Origin: Octopus sinensis
Lineage: Eukaryota
Assembly: GCF_006345805.1 (NCBI RefSeq)
Contig: NW_021824605.1
Span: forward strand, 1 to 18,034
DNA length: 18,034 bases
Direction: 5' to 3'
Shown: piece after piece, positions 1 through 9,600 of the stretch
Layout: each line of letters begins with the position of its first letter
How positions within the stretch are numbered: position 1 is the stretch's first letter
Program-made: the position numbers and the translations under genes
The notes under the pieces: model-generated
Told to the model about the DNA's origin: nothing
What the model saw: the letters and a program-made list of their open reading frames with translations, nothing else
The model's database searches: none

Positions 1-259
1 TATATATATATATAACTACACAGAAAAGTGTGTAGACACGCGCAAACGCTCACACAGGCATACACACGGGCGCGCACCCAAATCAATCAATCTCTCTCTT
101 CTCTCTCTCTCTCTCTCTCTCAATATATATATGAGTTAACGCTTGATTCTATGGTTGCCGAGATACGCGATTAATTACTAAAAGAGTTCCATCATAATTT
201 TAAACATCAAATTTACAACTAGGTTACATTCCACTGAATGTCTTTATTTCTGGTTGTAG

Positions 260-520
260 AATCTGAACTGAGATCTCCTCGCTCTTTCTAGAAGGTCGCG
301 TGACCACACTGACGCTCTCTACTTAGTTAATATTGCTGCTAAATAGCAACAAACGATCTCTCAGATTCATCAGATCACGAATCAAAGACAGGTTCCAACC
401 ATGACTATCCAGTATCTATCACCAACAGTGATCTTTGCAAACATGACTGTTGCATAATCACTCCTCCTCTCTTTCAAAACGGCAGGGCATCATTTGAGAG
501 AGATTTGATAGCGAGATCCA
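260..520. mobile_element. Decayed interspersed repeat fragments, possibly MITE-like
   Basis: CTAAATAGCAAC..ATCTCTCAGAT (~338-367) is loosely inverted to ATCATTTGAGAGAGATTTGATAGC (~489-512). A related motif, CTGCTAGAAATAGCA, recurs at ~11349. Family assignment is from recollection only. Confidence 0.25.
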
Positions 521-1068
521 GGGAATGAGTAGAAGTATCCTTAAAGTATCATATTCAATGAAGTATAATGAAGGCTCTTACGGTGACCCCTGGAGAAGAT
601 CGAATGCCGAAACATAGAAGTTACGAGAGCTACTAAGCAAACATAATATCGCCTATAAAGTTTGATGTCAATTCACAGAATTCTATCTTCTGTTCCTCAA
701 TAAAAGGCCGATAGTTCGAAATGTCGGCACCTCTCTCTTGTCGATCGTATCTATATTTCTTTAAACCTTCCCACTTATTCTTCAAAGTAATTCAATTGCT
801 TCAGAGAGGAGTCCATTAACTCGATAAGTGATAGTTGTTGATTATGCGACCAAAGCCACTCAAATTTCTCGATTTTCAACTTAGTTATAAAGAAGCCTTC
901 GGAACACTTGCTGACACTGGAGCTCTTCTATACAGGTTTGCCATTCATATATAACCACATATAGACACACGAACACACAGACCGTACAAAAGAAAAATAA
1001 ACAAACTCACATACATACACATACGTGCGCTCCTACGCGCATAATTGATATAACTATTATTTGACTGT

Positions 1069-1242
1069 GGCCATGCTGGTGCACCACCTTGAAGAATCTG
1101 AGGGGAAGGAATCGATATTTTAAGCCTGATTGCTCTTCTGTCTGGTCCTTTTGCCGAAAGAATTGGTTACAGGAATGTAAGCACACCAACGCTGTTTTTG
1201 AAGCGGCGGTTAAAGGAAACACACACACACACACACACACAC
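1069..1242 (+). mobile_element. Old SINE-like repeat, 3' portion ending in (CA)n
   Basis: GGCCATGCTGGTGCACCACCTT...TTTGCCGAA..GTTACAGGAATGTAAGCACACCAAC then (AC)n. Its distal part resembles the reverse complement of 1628-1725. Confidence 0.5.
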
Positions 1243-1411
1243 ATGTATATACATAGGTGGCTGTGTGGTAAGAAGTTTGCTCCCAAATCAAATGGTTCCG
1301 GATTATTCCCCAATTCGTGGCCCTTTCAGCAAGTGCCTTTTCCATGTCCACGAGCTGACCAAAGCCGTCTGAGTGGATTCGGTACATAGAAACTGAAAGA
1401 ATCCCGTCGTG

Positions 1412-1416
1412 TATAC

Positions 1417-1447
<31 letters not shown>

Positions 1448-1610
1448 CGCGCGCGTGCATGTGTGAGTAGGGCGGGCGTGTGTGTGTGTGTGTGTGTGTG
1501 CGGGTGGGGGTGGATGGGTGCGCGCGCACGTGCATGTGTGTGTGTAGGGCGGGCGTCTATGTGTGTGTGTACGGGCGGGTGTGTGTGAACGGGCGGGTGT
1601 GGTGTATGTG
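1412..1610. repeat. Compound (TA)/(TG) microsatellite with interspersed GGGCGGG units
   Basis: Directly visible; GGGCGGG occurs four times. Confidence 0.9.
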
Positions 1611-1627
1611 TGATGACCACTTCAGAA

Positions 1628-1725
1628 TCGTTGCTGGTGTGTTTACGTCCCCACAACGTAGTAGCTTGGAATAAGGGTCCAAGAGGTCGAGTGTCAGCCT
1701 TAAGTAAAATAAGTACAGGACCCAG
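1628..1725 (-). mobile_element. SINE-like fragment of the same family as 1069-1242, opposite orientation
   Basis: GTTGCTGGTGTGTTTACGTCCCCACAAC reverse-complements to GTTGTGGGGACGTAAACACACCAGCAAC, similar to GTTACAGGAATGTAAGCACACCAAC at ~1166-1190. Confidence 0.45.
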
Positions 1726-1760
1726 CATTTACGCAGTCTAATGACAGAAGCTAGTAAAAG

Positions 1761-1764
<4 letters not shown>

Positions 1765-1791
<27 letters not shown>

Positions 1792-1793
1792 TG

Positions 1794-1841
<48 letters not shown>

Positions 1842-1916
1842 TATACATATATATATATAGATATATACACACACATATATATAGATATGTATAGATTTGA
1901 ACTATATATATATATA
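1765..1916. repeat. (TACA)/(CA)/(TA) compound microsatellite
   Basis: Directly visible. Confidence 0.95.
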
Positions 1917-2394
1917 ACCCACAGACGAATATTTGTAGGCACACATATAGACTTAGATGCATACTGAGAGAAAAATATTCACAGAAGCGTCTTGTGTAGA
2001 TATAGGGGAAGAGAGAAAGAGAGAGAGAGAGAGAGAGATCACACAGTCTATCACAGTATGAGATACAATAAAACGAAGTTCAAAGAGAAATCGATGTTAA
2101 TCGAGAGATTATGCGGTAATTATTGTGTCGGGATAATCATAGCTGGGTTCCAATACAAACAAAGACATACTGCCATAAACGTGATCATGAGGATGTGTGT
2201 ATAATACATGCTACACATACACACATACACACATATGTGTACAGACACGCACGCATGAACCCCCCCACACACACACACACATTTCTTGGTATGCCTACCA
2301 CTAGAATTCCTATGTAAATGATATATACTTTTTATTCGGCGAATTGCATTTTTCTCAGAAATGAATAATAATAATAGTAATAAAAATATTTATT

Positions 2395-2504
2395 GTCGAA
2401 GTTGTTGTTGTTGTTGTTGTTGTAGTTGTTGTTATTGTTGTTGTTTCAAATTTTGGCCCAAGGCCAGCAACTTTGGATGGTGGAGTATGTCGGTTTGATC
2501 GATC
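2395..2504 (-). mobile_element. 5'-truncated SINE tail (tail-B type) with (AAC)n tail
   Basis: TTTCAAATTTTGGCCCAAGGCC aligns with TTTCAAATGTTGGCACAAGG at 15937 and with the reverse complement of CCTTGTGCC..GAAA at ~10078. (GTT)n lies at 2395-2443. Confidence 0.6.
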
Positions 2505-3546
2505 TTAGGCGCAGCAAACAGTCGAGGTAGGTAGTAAAGTGCATTCTTCAATCCGGCACATCACTCACCCTAAGCATTCGGGCGAACTACTGCATAAATA
2601 CGCACGCATCTGGTTAGATTTGAGTAACCCCGTTCATCATGGCCAGCCAAAGATTGAAGTGAGGCTTTGTCATCACGTTGCACCTCGGCCACTCAGCGCC
2701 ATCGGAAGGCTTTCCGCCCCTCCTGCCTTAAAGCTTGCAGATTAGATCGGACAACTTAACCTTCGTTGCTTTGAAAAATTCGTCGATGGCCAATGACACC
2801 GCAAACACTCGCCGCCAGCACATTGGTTGCGATTAATTTTTTGGATGGTTTTTTTCCTGATTCTCTATCTGACCAGGTCTTCCTCTGATCTATTTTTCTT
2901 TATCGCTATTTTCTTATTGAACCTAATCGATGCAATTTTAATCGCCCTTTTCATGGTGAACGACTATTTCTTGTTGACGATTGCACTCATCAACTCCCGT
3001 TTAACTAGTTCACTGATCCAGCCTTTGTAAGCTTGGCGCGCCGGGGCCGAAGTTTTCAGCTTCCTGTAAACAAGCTACTACTGCCTACAAAACCTATTCA
3101 CGTCTATCGTACAGATCAGAAATTTAAGGTCTGTGTAGCAGAGGGTTTCAAACTGTGGATAGCCGACACTACCCCTCTCTACTTGATTCGATGTGGATGT
3201 CAGGATGCAGTCTGGCGCATTGGGGAAATACAGTTCATATCTGTTTCTTTATTACCCACAAGGGGCTAAACACAGAGGGGACAAACAAGGACAGTCAAAG
3301 GGATTAAGTCGATTTCATCGACCCCAGTGCGTAACTAGTACTTAATTTATCGACCCCGAAAGGATGAAATGCAAAGTCGACCTCGGCGGAATTTGAACTC
3401 AGAACGTAACGGCAGAAGAAATACGGCTACGCATTTCGCCCGGCGTGCTAACGGTTCTGCCAGCTCGCCGCCTTAAATGCAGTTCATATCTGTCAGACAG
3501 ATGGAAACGACTGAGCAGGTTTGTGAAGTTTTTGCATCCCTCTATA
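2503..3546 (-). mobile_element. Decayed L1/Tx1-type LINE ORF2 fragment: C-terminal APE endonuclease plus linker; interrupted by a SINE
   Basis: Manual minus-strand translation after removing the SINE: RFHLSDRYELYFPNAP...YPQFETLCYTDLKFLICTIDV (TDL at the APE S/TDH position, 3123-3137), YRKLKTS (cf. YWKLNTS, 3048-3068), K*SFTMKRAIKIASIRFNKK, and YLDCLLRL (cf. L..LP.LS) at the end. Multiple stops and frameshifts. Confidence 0.7.
3245..3474 (-). mobile_element. Full-length tRNA-derived SINE (family 1, tail A) with 19-bp TSD
   Basis: Near-identical in reverse complement to 9705-9934. A box TGGCAGAACCG and B box AGTTCAAATTCC on the minus strand. Flanks are AAATACAGTTCATATCTGT (3226-3244) and AAATGCAGTTCATATCTGT (3475-3493). 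Confidence 0.92.
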
Positions 3547-3667
3547 TGTTAAGAGTTGTTTGGATGATTTAAAAAACAATTTTCGCTCGTGGGTTGTTTG
3601 TTGGTTTTCATTTCCATTAAACTTTTGTTGTTCGTGCATTATGGTAATGAAACTTGTTTCTTCTTCG

Positions 3668-3810
3668 TTGTTGTTGTTGTTGTTGATGTTTTGGTTTGCT
3701 GGCATGCTAAGATTTGCTGCTGCTACTGCTGCTGGTATTGGTGGTGGTGGTGGTGGTGCTGGTGGTGGTGCTGGCGGCGGCGATGTTCGTAGTAGTGTTG
3801 GTGTTGTCGA
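3668..3810. repeat. Compound trinucleotide repeat (GTT)/(GCT)/(GGT)
   Basis: Directly visible. Confidence 0.9.
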
Positions 3811-5685
3811 AGATGGTGTACAAGTCTCGTTGCTGGGCGATATTTACCTTCTCTCCGTTTGAATCTTATGTTGTACATACAAACAAGCCTTTATCTCTTC
3901 CATAATTAGGTGAACATAACGAAGCTCTTGTCCCTGAACATTAATTAAATACATATTCCACTAAAGGCTTTTGTATATTTGTGTACAATATGATTTATAT
4001 GTCACATAAACATTGTTCTACATTTGACATGTGCGATAAAACATTAACCTTGTTGATTTTATTCTTCAACATGTTAAACACTGCTTTATATATCACATCC
4101 GACCTCCTTTTGTATCTCTTGTAATTATTGTTGCTTGTAATAGATTTTCTTCGGTTTGTAAATACATAGCGAAGCAGCAAAGTACTTCAAATTTTCTGTT
4201 TAAACAACTGCGGTTGCATCTATCGCTTTACTTAACGGTTTTGTTCGATTTTGTGGATGTTCAGGGATTTCAAGTTTCGCTAATGATCGTAAATGTTGGT
4301 TGTTATCGTCATCGTCATCGTTATCGTCATCGCTATTGCTCTTGTTGTTGTGTGTGTATGTGTGTATACGTGTTGTGCGTCTGTTTCCGTGTGCATCTGT
4401 ATGTGTGTGTGTGCGGGGGATGTTAGGTTTATTTACTGCAGTTAGACGAGAGGTTATAAAAGCCTTCGCAGCAGAAAGTAAACCAAAATAAACAGGTTTT
4501 GTTACCCTCTGTTCTCAAACAAAAAGTAATTGGATGGTTCTGCCTTGCTTCCACACTGCCTGGGTTCTACTGAGAGACCAAGCACCGATTACTTACAAAC
4601 AGGTCCTATGAGCAATGCGGTCAAAGATCAAAACAAGGTTATTTGTACATTTGATTATGTTCCGCAGAGTAAAGGTTATAAGCTGTAGACAAACTAAATT
4701 AAATTTTACTGTGCACGAAAATGTATCAACTGTTTAAACCCGCCACCGAATAATAACCAGTATGTACATTAGACATCAAGGCATTTCAACTAAGTATTGG
4801 ATTGTATCTGATTTAAATAGCAATTGCCATGAAAATCCGAACCTATATGGTTTCAAAGCAAAATTAAACAACCGAATATTACGGCTTCAGCACAACTTAG
4901 AGCAATAAATTTCCTAGATTCAACACCGGTGAAGTATTATATGAGGAATTTTTTATGGCCTCACAGAAGAGATATGATCAAAGTCCTGTATCTCGTATAT
5001 TAAGTGGACAATACTAGACCTTAGTATGTTTCAATTATCTCGATGATTCTCAACCGTTTTTTTTTTTTTGCCTATTTAGCATTTTCTTTTGGTTTCTATT
5101 TTACTCAGGTGAACCTTCGTAGCCATTCCATGTTTCAAAAACATCCAATCATAATTAAATATTATTAGAAATTGTCTAAAAAGTTGCTGAAACTTTTTAT
5201 ACTCTATTGTGTATTGTAGTTTTACTAATTTATTGCATTTCGTTTTTCTGTGTGGTTTGCAGATAAACTTTAACAACAAAATCTTAGATGGATCCGATTG
5301 AGGACCAACGTGATAAGCCTTTTTCTGAAACCTTAAGTTAGACAACTACTATAAGTCAGTAGATAGTGAAGGATTTCCAGTTTCAATAAGCTTGATCTTA
5401 GTTGTAGAATACGGGTCCACTGCTTCGCCTGTCGCTGAAAATACACAAAAACGTCATTCAGTCATTTTATTCCAGCTAAAACCAACGGAAAATTCTTCAT
5501 CTGATTATAAAAAGAATGGAAGGGAATGTTCCATGGATTCATACCCGTTGGTACATTACTACTGAAACGGCTCTCGACTGTCATTGGATTCTTCTCCTTA
5601 CAGTGAACATAAAGATAATGACATTATTTACATTATTTACGTTATTTACATTTGACGGATATTTCTCCTCATTTTGTTTGTTGTT

Positions 5686-5731
5686 AATACAAAGTTTCGA
5701 CTGATATACCCTCCAGCCTTCATCAGGTGTC
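5686..5731 (-). ncRNA. Type I minimal hammerhead ribozyme-like motif (left arm, degenerate)
   Basis: GACAC-CUGAUGA-A-GGCUG-(10-nt loop)-CAGUC-GAAAC-UUU-GUAUU. Core and stem II are intact; G16.2 is changed to U and stem I has one mismatch. Confidence 0.7.
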
Positions 5732-5794
5732 CTGGGGAAATTTCGAACCTGGGTTCTTATTCCTAAGGTATTTTTCGATGTTATTATTGGTCAT

Positions 5795-5858
5795 TGCTTG
5801 GAATCGAACTCGAGACCACGGGATTAGTAGCTCGCGCTTTTAACTACTATGCCATATA
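5795..5858 (-). promoter_or_regulatory. tRNA-like head with Pol III A and B boxes
   Basis: Minus strand reads TGGCATAGTAG (A box, 5844-5854), then GCTACTAATC (anticodon-loop-like), then AGTTCGATTCC (B box, 5800-5810). Each box has one deviation from consensus. Confidence 0.65.
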
Positions 5859-5880
5859 CCCGTGGGCATATGGCGTAGCC

Positions 5881-5882
<2 letters not shown>

Positions 5883-5930
<48 letters not shown>
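5883..5930. repeat. (TAA)16 microsatellite within the right arm
   Basis: 48 nt of perfect TAA repeat. Confidence 0.95.
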
Positions 5931-5932
<2 letters not shown>

Positions 5933-5979
5933 TCGAAAAATACCTTAGGAATGAGAACCCATGTTCGAAATTTGCCCAA

Positions 5980-6025
5980 GACACCTGATGAAGGTTGGAG
6001 GGTATATCCGCCGAAACGTTATGTT
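5980..6025 (+). ncRNA. Type I minimal hammerhead ribozyme-like motif (right arm)
   Basis: GACAC-CUGAUGA-A-GGUUG-(10-nt loop)-CCGCC-GAAAC-GUU-AUGUU. Core is intact and stem III has an ACGU palindrome; there is one mismatch each in stems I and II. Confidence 0.72.
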
Positions 6026-6761
6026 TACCACAAACAAGATGAGGACAAATATCCGTCAAATGTAAATAATGTAAACAATCTAAATAATGTACATAATTCC
6101 TCCTCTCTTAAATATAGAACTGTATTAAGATAATGACGATTATAAAGTTCCATTGAGCCAGCATCAGCTGCTACATGGCGGGACTTGGATCTGTGATATA
6201 CTCTTGCATCAATTAAGAGACTGGCGAGAAGAGCGGTCGAAATATTTTGGAAGACAGAACTCCATACGAGAGTGTCTGTATCTTTGCCGGCTGCGATTGA
6301 GTGAGTGGTGCTGCCAACAGACTTTTCTGTGACCGAACGGCTCAAACCATAGAGCGAACTATCCACCACTTCCGTAAAGAGGAGCGCACAAAGGATAGCT
6401 TCATCACTGCCCACTCAATGCAGCGTCTGTACAGGAAATCACGTGATAGATTGGCTAAAAGATGATAGTCAGATGCATTGAGAGAAAGAGGGGGACAGAC
6501 AAATCATGAACATTGAGTAACAGATACACGGATAAATAGATATGTGCGCGCGTGTGAGTTTGCTTGTATGTATGTCTAGTTAGAGACGGACAAACGGACA
6601 GACGAAGGTAGGCAAAATAGATTTCACTCGCCTTCATATATAAAAAAAAATAATAAACAATTAGTAACAGAATTTATGCTATTATAAATCACATTTGCCA
6701 TATGTCTGTCTCTCGACAACTTCCTTTCTACCCCCGCCTCTCTCTCAGTACTTACAGATTT

Positions 6762-6767
<6 letters not shown>

Positions 6768-6803
<36 letters not shown>

Positions 6804-6936
6804 GAATGTAAATATGTATATATATATATATGTGTGTGTGTGCGCATGTAAATATGTACGTGTATATATATGCATGCAAGTATGTATGTATATATATATA
6901 TATGTATGCATGTAAATATGTATGTGTATATATATA

Positions 6937-6971
<35 letters not shown>

Positions 6972-7032
6972 CATATATATATGCATGGAAATATGTATGT
7001 ATATATATATATATATGTATGCATGTAAATAT

Positions 7033-7085
<53 letters not shown>

Positions 7086-7126
7086 TATATATATGCATGG
7101 AAATATGTATGTATATATATATATAT

Positions 7127-7158
<32 letters not shown>

Positions 7159-7159
7159 C

Positions 7160-7198
<39 letters not shown>

Positions 7199-7262
7199 TA
7201 TATGCATGAAAATATGTATGTGTATATATATATATATATGCATGCAAATATGTGTGTATATA
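6768..7262. repeat. Complex (TA)n minisatellite with recurrent GCATGNAAATATGTA anchors
   Basis: Anchors at 6804, 6844, 6872, 6908, 6983, 7021, 7095, 7204 and 7240. Confidence 0.9.
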
Positions 7263-7574
7263 CGCAGAAGCAGATGGATTGATATAGCAAACCTTCAACT
7301 ATAAACATCAGATGTTCACTGAACCAAATTATGCAATAACTTGCATATTATGCATACATGCATACGTACATACAAATATACACATGCATTTGTATATATT
7401 AATTTCATACATATGAAAAGATACACGCATAAACGGATACACACACCCACGTGCATATACAGAAGCATACGTATGCGCATGCTCAGAGTATGTGCGTCTG
7501 TGAATTTCCTATAAAACGTCGTCTTATCCGGAACGTTCGTAAGTGATACGTAAAAAAACTGTCAGTGTACGCAC

Positions 7575-7665
7575 AAGAGGGTGTGTGTGTGTGCATACAG
7601 GTGTGTGTGAGTGTGCGTCTGTGTGTGTGTGTGTGTGTGTGTGTTGAGTGTATGTGTGTGTTGGT
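7575..7665. repeat. (TG)n microsatellite
   Basis: Directly visible. Confidence 0.9.
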
Positions 7666-7883
7666 GTACACAATATTTACAGATCTGGGAACCTGGCCTC
7701 AAGGCTCACAAAAATAATGTTGTAATACCAATGATATATATTTTATGAGACACGTTCCTCCATATATCATCCGCCAACAGAGTTACCTTCCTTACCCCCC
7801 ACCCTACTCCCCCATCGTCCATTTCATTTTTTTGTCTTATGACAGATTGCTGCTGTTGAATAAGTGTGATACACCTTAACTGT

Positions 7884-7975
7884 TTCTTCTCTTTCGTTTT
7901 CTTCTCCTCCACCTTCTTTTTCTTCTTCTTCTTCTCCTTCTTCTTTTTCTTCTTCTTCCCCTTCTTCTTCTTCTT

Positions 7976-8045
<70 letters not shown>

Positions 8046-8282
8046 TATTATTATTATTATTATTATTATTCTAACTCTACTTCATCTTTCTCTTCTTTTT
8101 CTTCTCCTTCCTCCTTCCTCTTCTTCTTTCTTCTTCTTCTTCTTTACCTTTTTCTTCACCTTCTCCTTCCTCCTTCTTCCGCTTTCTTCTTCTTCTTCTT
8201 CTTCTTCTTCTTCTTCACCTTCTCCTTCCTCCTTCTTCTTCTTCATCTTCTCCTTCTTCCTCTTCTTCTTCTTCTTCTTCTC

Positions 8283-8313
<31 letters not shown>

Positions 8314-8362
8314 TTCTTCATCTCCTTCTTCTTTCTTTCTTCTTTCCACCTCCTCCCCATCC
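7884..8362. repeat. (TTC)n/(TTA)n/(CTT,CTC) compound repeat; long homopyrimidine tracts
   Basis: Directly visible. (TTA)n at ~8005-8069 separates two pyrimidine tracts. Confidence 0.95.
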
Positions 8363-8469
8363 ATCACACCCCGCTGTACATTTCTATGACCACTTCTTCT
8401 TGGCCCTTTTCATGCAATGTATTTTCCCTTAAAAAATAAATGTTCACATATCTCACTGTATGCACGACT

Positions 8470-8535
8470 GTATATATATATATATACATACATACATACA
8501 TATACATATATATATATACATATATATATATATAC

Positions 8536-8566
<31 letters not shown>

Positions 8567-8715
8567 AATGTGTGTCTGCGTGTGTGTGATTGTTTATGTG
8601 TTTGTGTGTTTATATGGGTGTGTGTGTGTGTCTGTTTGTGCGCGTGTGCGCATGCGGGTGTGCGTGTGTGCGCATGCGTGTGTGCGCATGCGTGTGTGCG
8701 CATTCGTGTACATAT
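8470..8715. repeat. (TA)/(TG)/(GCGCAT) compound microsatellite
   Basis: Directly visible. Confidence 0.9.
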
Positions 8716-9469
8716 ATGTCCTTTATCAGCGCCTTCGTCCGTTCAACCGAACTCTTCAGTTATAAATGCACAGAAAATTACTTCCGCCTTATATATAGAT
8801 CGAAAAGAGGATGTTGTTTTATTCTGTTTAGAAGAGGAGAAAGAGAAAAGAGGAAAGAAGGGAGGGAGGAGAGGTGGGGAAGAGAAAACGACAGACAGAC
8901 AGAAATATAAAAGAAATCGTGAGTCTTGGGATGGTCTTTTGCTAACCCGTGTTTGATGCTAAATGACCTTTAAAGACGTGAAATTTGTTTTCTGGAGAAA
9001 GAGAGAAAGAGAGAAAGGCAGAGAGAAGGCGAAGAAAGAAAGAGAAAGAAAAGAAGGGGAAGAAGAACGGAGAGAAAGGGGCTTCTTTTCAATTATTTAC
9101 ATCGATGGTTTCAACCCGTTGAAATTTAATTACAATTCAAGTTGTCGTTCTTTATTCGGCCATTGTTTTCGAAAGCATCTCCTTTTCTCTCCCCCCTCTC
9201 TCTGCTTATTATATACATATTAGGGCGATAGATGAAGGTGACATCATAAAGGTTACATTTTTGACTAGTTTTGTGGGGCTGTTTACACAAAAGGTGAGTG
9301 GAAGGAAATGGAAGAAGACGGTAAAATATGAGAAATTATGAGTAGTAAAAAACGCCTGTAACACCATGACTCCTTATACAGGAGAAATACCAAATAGGTC
9401 CAGTCAAGGAACCCCGTAGATCCGGGACTATCAAAGCCACGAGTCCTCACCCAACTGTTGTCTAATCTA

Positions 9470-9600
9470 CCCTAATGCTCAACTGATACTTATTACACCA
9501 AAATGAAGAAAGGCTTCAGTAGAATTCGATCTTAGAACATAGAGCAACAAGAAATGCTGCTAAGCAATTTCTCCCATGTCCTTACCGTACTTGTAGCTTA
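9470..9600 (-). mobile_element. Highly diverged family-1 SINE remnant
   Basis: AGAATTCGATCTTAGAACATAGAGC..GAAATGCTGCTAAGCAATTT loosely matches GGAATTTGAACTCAGAACGT..GAAATACGGCTACGCATTT at 3390-3437. Confidence 0.4.

Larger units (their letters stand above)
5623..6126. mobile_element. Palindromic non-autonomous element: two inverted arms, each with a hammerhead-like motif, a tRNA-like head and an 11-bp TSD
   Basis: 5621-5788 is the reverse complement of 5923-6090, with 17 mismatches in 168 nt by manual count. Central hairpin at 5847-5878. AAGATAATGAC lies at 5612-5622 and 6127-6137. Confidence 0.85.

Noticed and set aside
361-400. CTGATGA on the minus strand at 367-373
   Set aside because: No downstream GAAA or stem II/III architecture.
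586-620. CTGGAGA..GCCGAAACATA, a hammerhead-like string
   Set aside because: Core A6 is mutated, and neither stem I nor stem II pairs convincingly.
692-730. GTTCC..GGCCGATAGTTCGAAATGTCGGCAC, a possible hammerhead fossil
   Set aside because: Stem I pairs at 4 of 5 positions and a GUC site is present, but no recognisable core remains; too decayed to call.
3560-3905. Poly-Gly/Ala/Val/Leu ORFs
   Set aside because: Derived from trinucleotide repeats; no unique coding context.
5621-5650. 9-bp tandem repeats (also 6061-6090 and 11-bp repeats near 17550-17580) as a CRISPR-like array
   Set aside because: No spacers, eukaryotic context; these are simple element-tail repeats.
6025-6414. 129-aa minus-strand ORF
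   Set aside because: GTG start, runs into the palindromic element, no recognisable domain and no good splice sites.
8725-8770. Minus-strand CTGAAGA-GTTC-GGTT-GAAC with a perfect stem II-like hairpin
   Set aside because: Followed by GGAC rather than GAAA, with no stem III or NUH site.
6624-8956. Many long ORFs (IYIY, FFFF, KKKK, CVCV rich)
   Set aside because: Translations of microsatellites that lack stop codons.
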